Source: Takakia lepidozioides
Lineage: Eukaryota; Plantae; Bryophyta
Direction: 5' to 3'
Length of the DNA stretch: 64,000 nucleotides
Assembly (NCBI GenBank): GCA_030704615.1
Contig: CM060733.1
Location: forward strand, 49,662,001 to 49,726,000
The position numbers and the translations under genes are program-made. Shown here piece by piece: positions 30,762 to 42,944 of the stretch; the first letter of the stretch is position 1, and each line of letters begins with the position of its first letter. The notes under the pieces are model-generated. The model was not told the DNA's origin. It saw only the letters and a program-made list of their open reading frames with translations, and made no database searches.

Positions 30762-32780
30762 TTGCAATGTAGACTATGCATGTGTGTGTTCGTCGGGCAT
30801 AGCCAAGATGTAGGTGGAGGGATGGGAGGATGCTTACTCAGGGAGCACCGGGTTCCATCGATGTATTGGATTAGGACTAGCCGTTTGCATGGATTAAACT
30901 GGGTTTGGTTGTATCGATTCTCTCTAGTTTTTGTGGAGATCATGGTGCTGTGGCCAGCGGGGTGTAAAGCAGGAAGGATGAGTGAAGCTGCGAGTACAAG
31001 CAGCCAGGGGACATGCCCCCTCGATTTTTCAGTGTTGCAGAAGTTCCCTTACGTAGCGCAGGAGGCCAAGTCGCCTGACCAGCAGGTCCAATGTCTAGCG
31101 CTTAACGACGGGCTAGAGATGGTGCAAGCAGAGTATCTGCGACAAACCGGATTTTTTTTGGTCCCCAACAACACAGCCTCCGATTGTGTGCAGGCTTATG
31201 AGAGCGAGTTGCAATCCCAGGGGGTGACTGTCAATCTTACCAGCTTGTGTAATTACTATCCATACTCCTTGGCCCGAGGTCACGACAATTGTCAGGGCAT
31301 TCAGTCGGACACAGATCTCGTTCGATTGCTTCCAGCTTCACTTGTGGCGAATGTCAACAGCACATGTAATGGAGTTCTTGCATCCGGGAACAATCAGGAC
31401 GTTCTTTGCAGTGCCTGCCTCAAACAAGTGTTGACGATGTCTGCGAAATTGCAGACAGTAGGGAATGGAAGCACTGTGGGTTGCCACAATTACTCGAGTA
31501 TCTATGCAGGAGGTGTTGCCAATCGAGCTGGACCGGTGGATCCCAACACTGCGACATGCTTATTCTTTATAAGGTCGGAGGCGAAAAGCCGCCGTAGCCT
31601 GACCATTTTATACATTGCAGTAGGAGCTGGAATCATCCTGTTGCTGAGCTCGGGGGTGGCACTGTTTGTGTATCTGCGTTTCAGGCAACGCAAGATTGCG
31701 GAGCGAAAGGCCTTTATCAAACGTAACACTGATATGCTTGAAGGATCCATGCGACCCGATGGAGGCCTGGTGTGGTTTACGATGGAGGAGATCAAGGCAG
31801 CTACTCACAATTTTGCAAGGGAGGCAATAATCGGTTCAGGTGGTTTCGGCAATGTGTACAAGGGTGTTTTACCAGATGGGTCGGAAATTGCAGTCAAGAG
31901 GTTCAAGAATTGCTCACCTGCAGGAGATGCCGAATTTGTCCATGAGGTGCAGATGATATCCAGTGTTCGGCACCGCCATCTCGTGGGCCTTAAAGGATGC
32001 TGTGTGGACAGCGGGGGAGTGACAGAAGGTCACCAGCGCATTATAGTATACGAGTTCGTGCGCAATGGTAGTCTCTATGACTTCCTCTTCAATCCTAAGA
32101 AACCCAGTCTGGACTGGCCGACGCGCCAGAAGATTGCTACTGGCATGGCAAAGGGCATCCATTATTTGCACCATGGAGCGGAGCCCGCCATCATACACAG
32201 AGATATCAAAGCCAGCAACATCCTGCTTGATGCGGACTTCAATGCACAGGTAGCAGACTTCGGACTCGCAAAGTTCACTCCAGAAGGTATGACCCACATG
32301 ACTACTCAGGTGGCTGGCACATTCGGCTACGTTGCACCTGAGTATGCTCTCTATGGGCAGCTCACTGAGCGGAGTGATGTCTACAGCTTTGGAGTCGTTT
32401 TGTTAGAACTTATCAGTGGGCGCAAGGCCTTGACCTCACCCTCCAGTTTTACACTCATCACAGATTGGGCTTGGGCCTTGGTGAAGAGTGGAAACTGGTC
32501 TGATGTAGTAGATGAGAGGATGGAGCAGAAAGGCCCTGCAGAAGACATGGAAAGATTTGTGTTGGTGGCTCTTCTGTGTGCGCATCCTCAGGTTGCTTGT
32601 AGGCCAACCATTTACCAAGCCCTCAGCATTTTGGAGAATGACCAGCAGCTGCCACCCATTCCTGATCGTGGTATCCCATTGACATCTGACAGAGGTGAGA
32701 TCGAGAGTGTTGTAGGTAAACTGTCCAGCGATGGGGGCTTCCAGTCCTTCACTTCTTCTGAGAGTAGTTTAGCACGATAA
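30762..32780 (+). CDS. RKF3: Intronless receptor-like Ser/Thr kinase with a Cys-rich (SPARK-type) ectodomain, RKF3-like
   Basis: Cys-rich ectodomain (CPLDF...C...C...YAGGVANRAGP..C), TM segment ILYIAVGAGIILLLSSGVALFVY, kinase motifs GSGGFGNVYKG, AVKRFKNCS, GHQRIIV, HRDIKASNILL, DFG, APE. The true ATG is probably downstream of the ORF start (about 30819-30861). Confidence 0.9.
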   Translation: MQCRLCMCVFVGHSQDVGGGMGGCLLREHRVPSMYWIRTSRLHGLNWVWLYRFSLVFVEIMVLWPAGCKAGRMSEAASTSSQGTCPLDFSVLQKFPYVAQEAKSPDQQVQCLALNDGLEMVQAEYLRQTGFFLVPNNTASDCVQAYESELQSQGVTVNLTSLCNYYPYSLARGHDNCQGIQSDTDLVRLLPASLVANVNSTCNGVLASGNNQDVLCSACLKQVLTMSAKLQTVGNGSTVGCHNYSSIYAGGVANRAGPVDPNTATCLFFIRSEAKSRRSLTILYIAVGAGIILLLSSGVALFVYLRFRQRKIAERKAFIKRNTDMLEGSMRPDGGLVWFTMEEIKAATHNFAREAIIGSGGFGNVYKGVLPDGSEIAVKRFKNCSPAGDAEFVHEVQMISSVRHRHLVGLKGCCVDSGGVTEGHQRIIVYEFVRNGSLYDFLFNPKKPSLDWPTRQKIATGMAKGIHYLHHGAEPAIIHRDIKASNILLDADFNAQVADFGLAKFTPEGMTHMTTQVAGTFGYVAPEYALYGQLTERSDVYSFGVVLLELISGRKALTSPSSFTLITDWAWALVKSGNWSDVVDERMEQKGPAEDMERFVLVALLCAHPQVACRPTIYQALSILENDQQLPPIPDRGIPLTSDRGEIESVVGKLSSDGGFQSFTSSESSLAR

Positions 32781-33426
32781 CACCAACTTGAGAGGTGCAC
32801 CTCCCCCCGACCCCACATTGGCTCTCCAGTCTGGCAGAGATGAGGTTGAAGAGATGAGAGAGGGTCACCCCCCTCCAAATTTGTAGCAATATTGTGCAGT
32901 ATCTTATTTGAAGTGCTGGATGCAACTATTCAGATCTCTGTTGCAAGGAGGCTTTCCTGTAGTCTACAGTCCACCGCCTTCAGTGTTGTGATTTTGCAAA
33001 CACTGGTTTTTCTCCTTGTGTGTTGATGGGAGCTTACCAAACATGATGCATTGCATCTTATCTTCAATGACAAACACAGGCACAACCACGGGAGGTTTTA
33101 AGGTTTGTCATCCTGTGAACGAAAATTGTGTAAACTCTTCCCCCAAACAACCAGAAGGACCAACTGATGCTCCACCACTTTGCACTGAGTCTATTTCAAC
33201 AGCCACGCCTCTTGCTTACCCAATGGCACCATCTAGAGCGAAGAGCTAATGGTGGAACTGGTGTGTGTGAGAAAGAGAATTATCTCGGATGTAATCAAAT
33301 TGTGTTGAAATTGCAGGCACAAACCTTTGTATACATAACAATGGCTAGGAATGCAAGTTTCACTTTCAACAAAAGCCTGCCTTCCAAGTTGTCAACAAAT
33401 GTGTGATGCAGTCTGTAATGCCATCC

Positions 33427-33470
33427 CAGCTTGTTGGAAATCAATGTCCACATTGATTTCCAACAAGCTG
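33427..33470. repeat. Perfect inverted repeat with 21-bp arms and a 2-nt spacer
   Basis: CAGCTTGTTGGAAATCAATGT-CC-ACATTGATTTCCAACAAGCTG. Confidence 0.97.
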
Positions 33471-33904
33471 CAAATACCTGAGATGACAACCAACACTGGC
33501 CTTCTTTCCCTTATCCTACACCATAATGCCTTCCAATGCACTAACAGCACCCACTTTTTAAAAAGGGCACGTGCAACCAGACTAGCTGAAATGACTGTTG
33601 AGTTCGTCTGATTCATGTGAATCAGCAACTACTGCCTCCAGAAAGTAAGCGCGGGTTAGCTGTGCATTTTGCAAAGATTGCAAAAATGACTACTGCTTGC
33701 AGCAGCTCCAATCGGCATGTAACTGTTGTGAGTTTGCTAACCTTATCCTTGTTGACTTGATGATCTACAAAAAATTCACTACCTGTGACCAATCCTGTGG
33801 TTGCAAGGAAAAGACTCCATCTAGATGGATGAAGTTTGAAAAACTCTCTGACAAGTGGTGAACTCTTGGAAGGTAGGCTCAAGTCAGTGTCAGTTCCAGC
33901 CAGG

Positions 33905-36900
33905 TTATAGATCCATACACAGCTCCGTTAAGATGGAAGCAGCCCGTCGTCGCGTCCTTGGAGTCACTTTCCATTTCTCCACCAGCACCTTCTTGAGAGC
34001 ATTGCAGCCAGCCACCACAGTCGCTACACCCACTTTACTGACACAGGGACAGTACACCATATGGCATGACTCCAGGTTGGCACAGTTCTTCACCAGCAAG
34101 CTTAGCCCAGTGTCTGTGATTCCCCTGCAATGAGAGAGCACCACCTCCTTCAACAGGGGGCATCCCTTCCCTAGGGCAGCTAGCCCTGTGTCTCCCACAT
34201 TCTGCATACATCCAGCCACCCATTGCAGCAGGAACAGCAACAAATGAGACTTTGGCCATTGTGAGTATCTTATCTAATGGACACTTGCCATGGTGCCACT
34301 ACTGTAAATGTAGCAACAGTGATAGACACAGAACCCACAAACTCCATGGAATAGATAGATCCTATAGCAGATCCAGATAATTATGTTCAATTAATCTTTG
34401 ACATTAGAAATATTTCTACCATAACAAACACAAGATAGTGTAGTCTAAAATTTTTACGTGGCAGATTCTGACCAACTCGTGAGTCTTCCATGCAGTGAAC
34501 CTTCCCACCATGTGTGCATCAGAGTATCAGGAGTGTATAAATATATTTCCCCCGTCATTGACATTGAAAGGAAGACTCGGCTCAACGGAAAGATATGGCA
34601 TTAAGTCTACTACGTAGAGAACTAACCTGGCAAACGCTCACATCCAGGTGGACAAGAAGGGGGCATCCTTGGGCAATGGCCAACAAGCCATCGTCACCCA
34701 CCCGGTGGCAGCCACTCACGTTCAACTGCCGCAACTGGTGGCAACCTTGCCCAACAGCCGTGAGTGCGTCATCCCCTAGCCTGCAAACATCCCTGCCTCC
34801 CCTCAGTACAACAGTACATTAAGTGCCCACCTCTAATAATTGCCAGACTGTCCAAACAGGAACATTACTCCAGTCGGGCCAACCAAGAAAATGGTCCAGA
34901 GCAAACCCAGCAGCAAATCATGGAGGGTAGCTAGTAATGGAACAGATAAGTAGCCCTGTTAAAGGTTCTCACTTGATGCATGTTGAACGGCAATTCACAT
35001 CCCTCTGATAGATTACACATCTCTGGGTACTAGTACTGCCCAATCCCCTATATCAGGTGCATTGAACAGTCCAGATTAAAACACCACGGAAATCATGGTC
35101 CTATTAGGCCCCCAAAAAATAAGTATAGCACCTCTCTACAAGGACAATCTAGTACTATCTAGTTCTGAACTGGTACCTGTCACAGAAACGAAGACTCAGA
35201 TCTGTTAACTTTTTGCAGTGCATCCCAACTGCTATAATACCCCTGTCTCCAACCTGACAAGTGAGGCCACACAATCAATAGTTGCCTACAATAGATGCTT
35301 CTGAGAGCAATAAACTTGGAAAACAAGCAGTGCTTGGCTCAGGATCATAATATGCAACCCTGGACTATTTTCGGTATGCCAGCAGGCTGCATCACCTCCA
35401 GCTATTTCCCACTATGGAAGCATGACAACCACCCTGTGGACACAAGGATACAGTCCTCCGATCAGCGGTCTTAGTTCTACATGGTGAGTACACCAGATTC
35501 AAACTGATCCAGACTGATTCAATATTTGTATAGAGAGAGAACAGGGAAGGACAAGGATGAGGCCGAGAGTGGAATGAATAGAGACAAGGGCAAGAAATGA
35601 CCTTGTAGCACCGGCGCACATGAAGCCGGCGGAGTTGTGTGCAGCCCAGGGCAATGTTGCGAATGGCGGTATCACCTATGCCAGAGCAGTCCACCAAATG
35701 AAGTGTCTGCAAGAGGGCACAGCCTTTCCCTACCTCCACCAGTCCTTCATCTCCTATCTTTTGGCAATATTTGAGTACAAGCTCCAGTAACCCCCTGCAC
35801 ATGAAGCAGCCCACACATAAACCATAAAGAGTGAGTATTGTTGCAAATTTTCAGAGACCTTATACAACATGAATTTCTTGAAAAATAACACAAATCCAAT
35901 CACCTTCTCTCTTGCCCCAAAAAACTACGAAGAATGAAGGCAGTCGGAGTGGGTGTAGTCTCTTTGTATTCCTACCGGCAAGAGCGGCCAATAGCTTGGA
36001 GGCCAGCAGTTCCAATGTTGTGGCAGCCATTGACCTCCAGCACTGCAAGTTGTGGACACCCACTTGCAATCGCACCCAAGCTGCGGTCACTCACATAGTA
36101 GCAGTCACTCAGTGTCACCATCCTTAGCCTCTTGCATCCGCCCCCTATGGCCACCAGGCTCCTGCATGTTCCCACAGTCTCAGCACAGAAGCTTTTGCTG
36201 TTCGAAAATGTCATAACAACACTAGCTTATTCTGTGGTCCATGAAAAGCCAAGGCACTTCAGCAACAATATACAAGACTGTAAGACTGTTATACATATGC
36301 CTGCGTAAAGGTGAAATGCTAGGAAGTCATCACTGTCAATTCCTCAATGGGGTCCACAAAGGAAACCCCTTATTCAAGATCACTGAAACCTGCAAAGAAT
36401 CTCATCTGCAGCCATGCTTACTAGAACTTTAGCTTTGTGTCCACCATAGCCTCAGGAGTACCTAAAGGTTTCCAAGAGTGAAGGGAAAGAAAAAGTAACC
36501 CAGTTCCTGAGGACTTGACTAGTGGCTTCCTGGATGATAAGGGTGTGTTTAGCTGTCTCTCCTAGATATGTTCCACCAATCGGTATGCACTTTGCGAGAC
36601 AACTTGTCACCTGTCTGTAAACTTCTGGAAGCTGAACAGGGCCAAGGTCTCCAGTGAAAGGCAGCAAGAACCAACAGCTTGAAGAGCCTCATCTGTTACA
36701 TTCACACACTGCAAGCGGAGTGACTGTAGGCGAGGGCACCCTTGGGCAATGGCCAGCACCCCTCCATTTTGAATGAACTCTGAGTCCAAGGCTAGCTTCT
36801 CCAGCATGGAGCAGTTTGCACCAACTGCCTGCAAGGCTGTGTCTGTCACCCGTGCACATGCAGCAATGCCTAGCGATTTGAGTGTTTTTCCACATCCTTC

Positions 36901-39075
36901 CGCGATCGCCACAATACCTTCATCACTCACACCTTCACAGAACCGTAGGTTGACTTCTTCCAGCTGTTTGCACCACTGCCCCACTGCTTTAAGGCCTTGG
37001 TCCCCAACATAGCATCCCTGCACCGACGAAAGACAAACGAGTGTTCAGTTGACCTCCTTGTGGTCCCGCAAATCCAGAGGTCCCACTGCCTTCGAGCACA
37101 GGTCTCCTGTATGCCCCACCAGAGCCTATGGAGGTTAAATCAAATTGTAGTGGAATGACCAAAAAAGGTCAGATTACAGGATCACAGAACTGAAGTTTTA
37201 TGATCACTCTGGACTTAAGTCTTCTTCACCCTGCTAACCCATGGTTCATAAATTCCAGGTTACCTGCATTGTTTTGCTTTGCAAAAACCAGACGTTGATG
37301 GCCAAAGCACAGAAATAGGGCAAGTGGATACTCCAGACTGCCATTCTCAAAGAGGCAGAGGAAGGGGAGAATCTGTCCAGGTGCCTCAAGAGTACCTAGG
37401 GGCCTTGTGAAAAGGCCCCCTCGCAGAAAAGAGAAGTCCCCAAACACTTTAATAGGATGCATATAGTGCACAGATGCCTTCCTTGCATAAAAAGAGAGAT
37501 AGCTCTGACATTACCACCATACTTGAGAGCCTGAAATACGCTGGGTGCTATATCAGCAAAGGAATTCATAAGTGCATGTGCACAGCCCACAGCTATAGAA
37601 GTGGATTAGACCTAGGATAGCATGAACCTGTTTGACTGCATCTAAATGAGTCAGTTTTGCAACACTTTCCACCCTCATACACTCTCTTTCTCTATGAGTA
37701 TGTGGCCTCTATCTATTCCCAGCCCCTGAGTTGACGAATCCGTTCTATGACATCTTTACAGATTTAGGTGGCAATTACCCAGAGGATTAACCCTAAGGAA
37801 ACTAACTGTGCTACGACTGCACAGGCACTAAAAAGGTGAACTCTCGCTTTCTACCAGAAGAGTAACAGGTTTGGAAGGAGCTGATACTGACAAAAAGGCA
37901 ACTGACCTGCATATCCAGAGTTTTCAACCCTCTGCATGATTGGGCGAGGACAACAATGCCACAGCTTGTCACAGCCGAACACCAGATGAGACACAACTTC
38001 TCCAATCTGGAACAACCTTCAGCAAGAACTTGAAGCCCCACATCAGAGAAGTTACTCATGCCTGGGTCTGATCCTTCAGCTTCACATCTGGCCACAAGAG
38101 CTCGGCCCTTCCTCCTCCTTCGCCTAGATGATGTGCCACCTACATCCTTTCCCATCCACAATAAAAAAGGTATGCCCATATTGATGGACCATAATCTGTT
38201 CCTCAACATCACAACTTCCCACCCCAACTTCTGTCATTGAACCCACTAATATGCAGTAACTCCGACCCCAGAGCTCAATTCCTCGCCAATGGCTTGGACG
38301 TCTAGACTAGGCTGGAGCAGGAGGTATACTAAATTGGGTATGGTAATGAGAAAGCCGTTCTCCAAGTGTTGATTGCCTTCGCAACAGAATTCTGTTTGAC
38401 ACCCTTTGCAACTGGTGGACTAACTCTCAAGGCCTAAAATGTAATCGATTGGATACTGAACTTAGTTGATGGCCTAAGGAAAGTAGACCTCCAGAATCTA
38501 ATCTGCTGCAGTACATCACCATCAGACGCTTACAACATCCTAAGACTCATATACCCTACATACGTCAGCAAAGAATCACACATGAGATTCCTTCCGCAAT
38601 CTGGAATCAAGAGGTGAGTCGTTCGCAACAGAGAGAAAAGAGTTACACCGCAGGTGTAATTTGCATAAGACACAAACCAGCATATAAAAAACACCCGGTA
38701 CGAAGACATTACAAGCAAACAGAATCTTCAGCAAATTTCCAGTCAAAAACAACTTACAAGAGGCTGATTGGCTCGCGAGAGTAACGAGTTGCGAAGCTGG
38801 ATGCGAGAGTGATCATGCAACGGCACCGGGAGTCGCTCATCGATGCACACCTGCCGCAGATCTGTGAAACGATGCACCACCCGCACCAAGCATGTGTCCG
38901 GATTGCCTGTCGCCCCGATAATGATCGAGTGTCTGCTTGCGCTCTCCAAGCGCTGCCATCTCTTGCACACCAGCGCACAGGCATCCCTGTCCCTTGTCCG
39001 CCCATCCAGATACTTCATCACCTCCATCAGGGTTTCATCTGGCAGCAACTTGTTGATCAAATCCTGCCCCCTCAT
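33905..39075 (-). CDS. FBL4: F-box/LRR-repeat protein 4-like
   Basis: Exons about 39075-38758, 38139-37907, 37017-36611, 36161-35976, 35794-35602, 35253-35177, 34780-34627, 34201-33905. N-terminal MRGQDLINKLLPDE...DACALVCKRW (F-box), Cys-containing LRRs, C-terminal KVLVEKWKVTPRTRRRAASILTELCMDL. Confidence 0.93.
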
Positions 39076-39378
39076 GCTTCCAGCCACAACTAACCCCACA
39101 CCTTTCTCAGCTCTAAGACCCCAACAGGCTCCTCCGCAGCAGCAATTCCAAGCTACACCATCAAATCACAAGGACCCACACATGGATTCACCTCAAACCC
39201 CAGTGTGACCGACCCAATTGCCACAGCGAGTGCCCAATTCTGCAGCTTTGCAGCATCTGCAACCCCATCGCTCCTGGGAGCCCCCGTCTGCCTCGCATCT
39301 CTTGTGTGAATGGGAAGCTTGCCAGACTTGTCATCATCCACACCTCTGCTCTGCCACCTTGATTGCCCTCGGCCCCAT

Positions 39379-39408
39379 CTAACCCCGAACCTAACCCCGA
39401 ACCTAACC
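39379..39408. repeat. Short tandem repeat (CTAACCCCGAAC)x2.5 upstream of FBL4
   Basis: Read directly from the sequence. Confidence 0.8.
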
Positions 39409-40458
39409 AGGGTCAGGAAATAACCTCTTTTGGCAGTTGCCGAGGGAACCTCTACAACTGTATAGCTAATAGCCAGAGTTTAGCCACATTCCGCCACCGA
39501 CGAAACTCTGGACGAAATTAATTTTCGTTCGTCCAGCCGGCCTCTGCATCCCTGCTCTGAGTCGACTCGGACAGATTAGTGAAAAAGAGATCCACGTGGA
39601 CTGCATTTGTGCTGGTATTATTAGTCAAGTAGACTAGTGAACGCAAGATTTGACTAGAAAAGTTTTGAGTCGAAAAAGTAGTGATCAAATACAACCCCAG
39701 TTGTTGGGACGTTTTCTCTGGTTTGTTGAGCAGGGTTTTTGAATGCACTTCAGAGTTTTCAGGCATCACCCATTTTGAAACCCTAGATGGGTCTACTCTT
39801 CTTCTCCTCTCTTTGTGTGCTGAGGAATTTGGTAAGTATGAGAGGCGTGCGAGGTAGAGCACAGTCAAGAGATCTGTCCTACTATGAGTATGAGCTTGAA
39901 TGCTTCCTCTCTTTCTGGAAGGTTCTCTTGTGGATGTGATTGGAGGCTTGACCTTGTTTTGTTGTGAATACTTTCATCACTTGTTTTGCTTTTTCCACTT
40001 AGCAACTTTGAAATCCATGTGAAAGACAGCTCTTGTTTAGACATGATATGTAACCACATTCTGGTAGACAATCCATATAGATTCACAGCTCCGAGCTAGT
40101 AGCTTGAAGAGAATTAACATGCCTTTGAATCTGAAAGTCCTAGAAACAGAGCAGGTAACAAATGGTATATGCAATGTTTTGGAGCAGAACTCATCCCAGC
40201 AATTTTTGAGAATCAAATCATCAGAATGATACAGTTGTATTAACAATCAACGACATAAAAATGTCAAGAAGATGATCCAATCGGTTCCAAGACTGAAATT
40301 TTGCAGTTCCAAATCTGAATTCCATCAACATTGTGAGCAACGGGATCAAACTGGAATGGCGTATGTCCACACAAATCTGACAGGCCTTCCAGCTGGAAAA
40401 AATCAACTACCCGATGTGTATGCTCTCCTCTTCAGTTGACTAAAACGTCCGAAGGGAT

Positions 40459-41186
40459 TCAAAGAAGATCGGCGAGAGTAGGCAGCTTCAAAATTCCCTT
40501 CTTGTGGAGTGGGATGGTAAAGTTGCCGATTATGGGAAGATGCACCATCAAGCCCACATCGAAGTCGTAGTCAATATCCCAATCAGAGCCGATGTCTCTC
40601 ATGAGATTGAGCAAAAATTCGTAAGGCACTTCAGAAACGATATCCATGGCCGTGTCAGAGTTAGCAGCCACAGATCCCTTATCTGTGATAGTACCAGATG
40701 TTATCTCCCTGCACGGTACAAACACACTCTTACACACTTGCCGTGTTGCAGCTTAAGCAAAAACAAGTATGCCGCAAATTGCAGGCATAAAACCAGGACA
40801 AGGGTAGAAGAAAACTACAACTCCACCAAACTTCGCCATCACTGGCAGACAATGCAAGTTAGTACCCTGGTCTTTGTCTATACCAGCAAATTTTCCAAGA
40901 AGAAGACGAGTCCCGCTTTAGTAAGTGAGTGAATGATCTTGAACAATGCATAATCGTTGAGACATCCACATGGAAACTACCTGTCATTACTTCTCAGACG
41001 GTAAGTGATTTCGCAGATTGGTAGGTCGTGGTCGTAAGGGTTGGTTACTTTCAACACGCTCTTGAGGTTCACGCTATCACGATCGCAATTCTTAATGCCC
41101 ACCGAAGTCAAGTCGGCGCTGGGCTTCTCCATGTGCGCAAATTTGTCTGCCACCATCTCCTTAGCTTTGTCGATCAGGCTCGCCAT
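40459..41186 (-). CDS. LEA14: LEA14 / LEA_2 (WHy domain) desiccation protectant protein
   Basis: Two exons, about 41186-40981 and 40708-40459. MASLIDKAKEMVADK..., NPYDHDLPICEITY, SGTITDKGS, DWDIDY, PIIGNFTIPL...KLPTLADL. Confidence 0.95.
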
Positions 41187-42944
41187 TGTCCTTGCTCGAG
41201 CTGCTTACTCACAAAGCTTCAACCACAGCTGCTGAACGAGGAAGGAGTAGGACACCTTCAAACTACTGGACTGATCTAAGCTTCCAACTTCACCTGAGGG
41301 TATGACACAGATCAATGTGGAATGGCAAGCAGCTGACGGACAGCAACTTTATGCAGCTCCAGACTCCGGAGGTGGTCGGTGGCACAGAATGCCACCTCTT
41401 GGAGGGGACAGGTACAGCTGCTCAGGATGCTTGCTTATCCGGGTTTTTACTATCGGGGCGCACCCAGAACAGGAGGCACTGATGAATCAAAAACATGCAA
41501 GTAGTCGATCTTTCACTGTAGTCAGTCGAGGCATCCACTGCCTCGGCTGACAAGTGTACTAGCATATTCGACCAAGCAAGAATCATCTCTCAGAGAGCTG
41601 CTGTAAACCTAAGTAGAACATCCCCTCTTCTGGGTCCCCCACAGATCATCTGCGTGGCTGCATGCCTTCACTTCTGTCGGTGCACCAAATTTGACCCCAG
41701 ACTTCGTAATTAATGTCAAACATGACCACCCAATCACAGTGCGCACTACAATGAGTCAGCAACCGCCAGGTTTGTAGTACATATAAGAAATTAAGAACTT
41801 TGCTGGAAGATAGATATTGCTGAGGGCACTTGCCAAGCACCTTCCCGGGCTAGATGTTGCCCAGATGACAATCACACCTACCTTCTCACACAGTATATTC
41901 CTTCATCAATATCACCTCGTCCTTTAGAGTACAGCATTGAAGAGCCCAACGTCCTTGAGGCTGCTCTCTCTACCAAGTCACCAACTGGAGAGTGGAGCCA
42001 GGGATTGCGGGCCATAGCCAAGTTGACAGGGAAACACGTAGGTACTTGGAGCTAGAGTGGAAGGGAGCTGCACAAAACAGGTCTTCTGCTCCACACTGCA
42101 CTTGGCAGATGCTGCCCCTGCCGTGTGCCAGTGCAGGAAGATTGGCATGGCCTGCAAATCCGTGTTGCCTACCGACCCCCTCCACCTGCCGCATCGCTGC
42201 TGCTGCAAACCAGACTTTGACATCAACCCTGCAACATGTCGATAAGGGTGGGGCCCAGCTGCTCGTGGACAATACTTGAGCTCCACAACAAAGCGGCATT
42301 CACTGTAGAGAACAAGACAGAGAAAAAGAAGAGCAGGACTGGGTCCACGGGATGAGTGCAGGATCCAGGAAAGAAAGAATGACTGGATCACATCCACTCG
42401 GCTTCAGATTCCTTCCTCACATCCTCAGTCACTGAAACATTCTCAACCACAGCTTCAGACAAATGCAATATTCCCATACAAGGCACACACAGAAGGCATA
42501 AATCTACCACAGGTACACAACTACCAACCACAGGTAGCACAATTTTGAAAAACCGAGAGAAATCAGTATTTTTAATAATGACAATAAAAATAATAAAATA
42601 AATAACAATAATTTATTGAGGGGCAGTAAGTTCACGGGCAAGGGAAAAAGAAGATATGCCCGAATGTCCTTTTTATTTAGGGCAGAAGGATTGACCTAAT
42701 TGTCTTCTACTTGTTCTTGTTGCGTTCTTGCTGATTTTGCGATTGCCTTGTAGGCCTCTTTCGCTTCGTGCGTGAGTTTCTCTTGTGTTTGTATCTAGTT
42801 TGTAACAGTGCAAGAATAACGGGTATGAGATAGGTCGTGGGGGAAGCAATCAGAGACTGCTTGCCAACGCTGCCGTGTGGGCTTCTCCGTCTATCTTTCG
42901 ATCTGCTGTATCACCGCTCTCTGTCTGCGATCTGCGATCTAGCT

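Noticed and set aside
39559-39600. Palindromes GAGTCGACTC and TCCACGTGGA (G-box) upstream of FBL4
   Set aside because: 10-bp palindromes are expected by chance at this scale and there is no independent evidence of function.
41940-42400. Overlapping 60-140 aa ORFs in a GC-richer stretch between LEA14 and the chimeric gene
   Set aside because: No recognisable domain or consistent splice structure. It could be a decayed gene, but this cannot be supported by eye.
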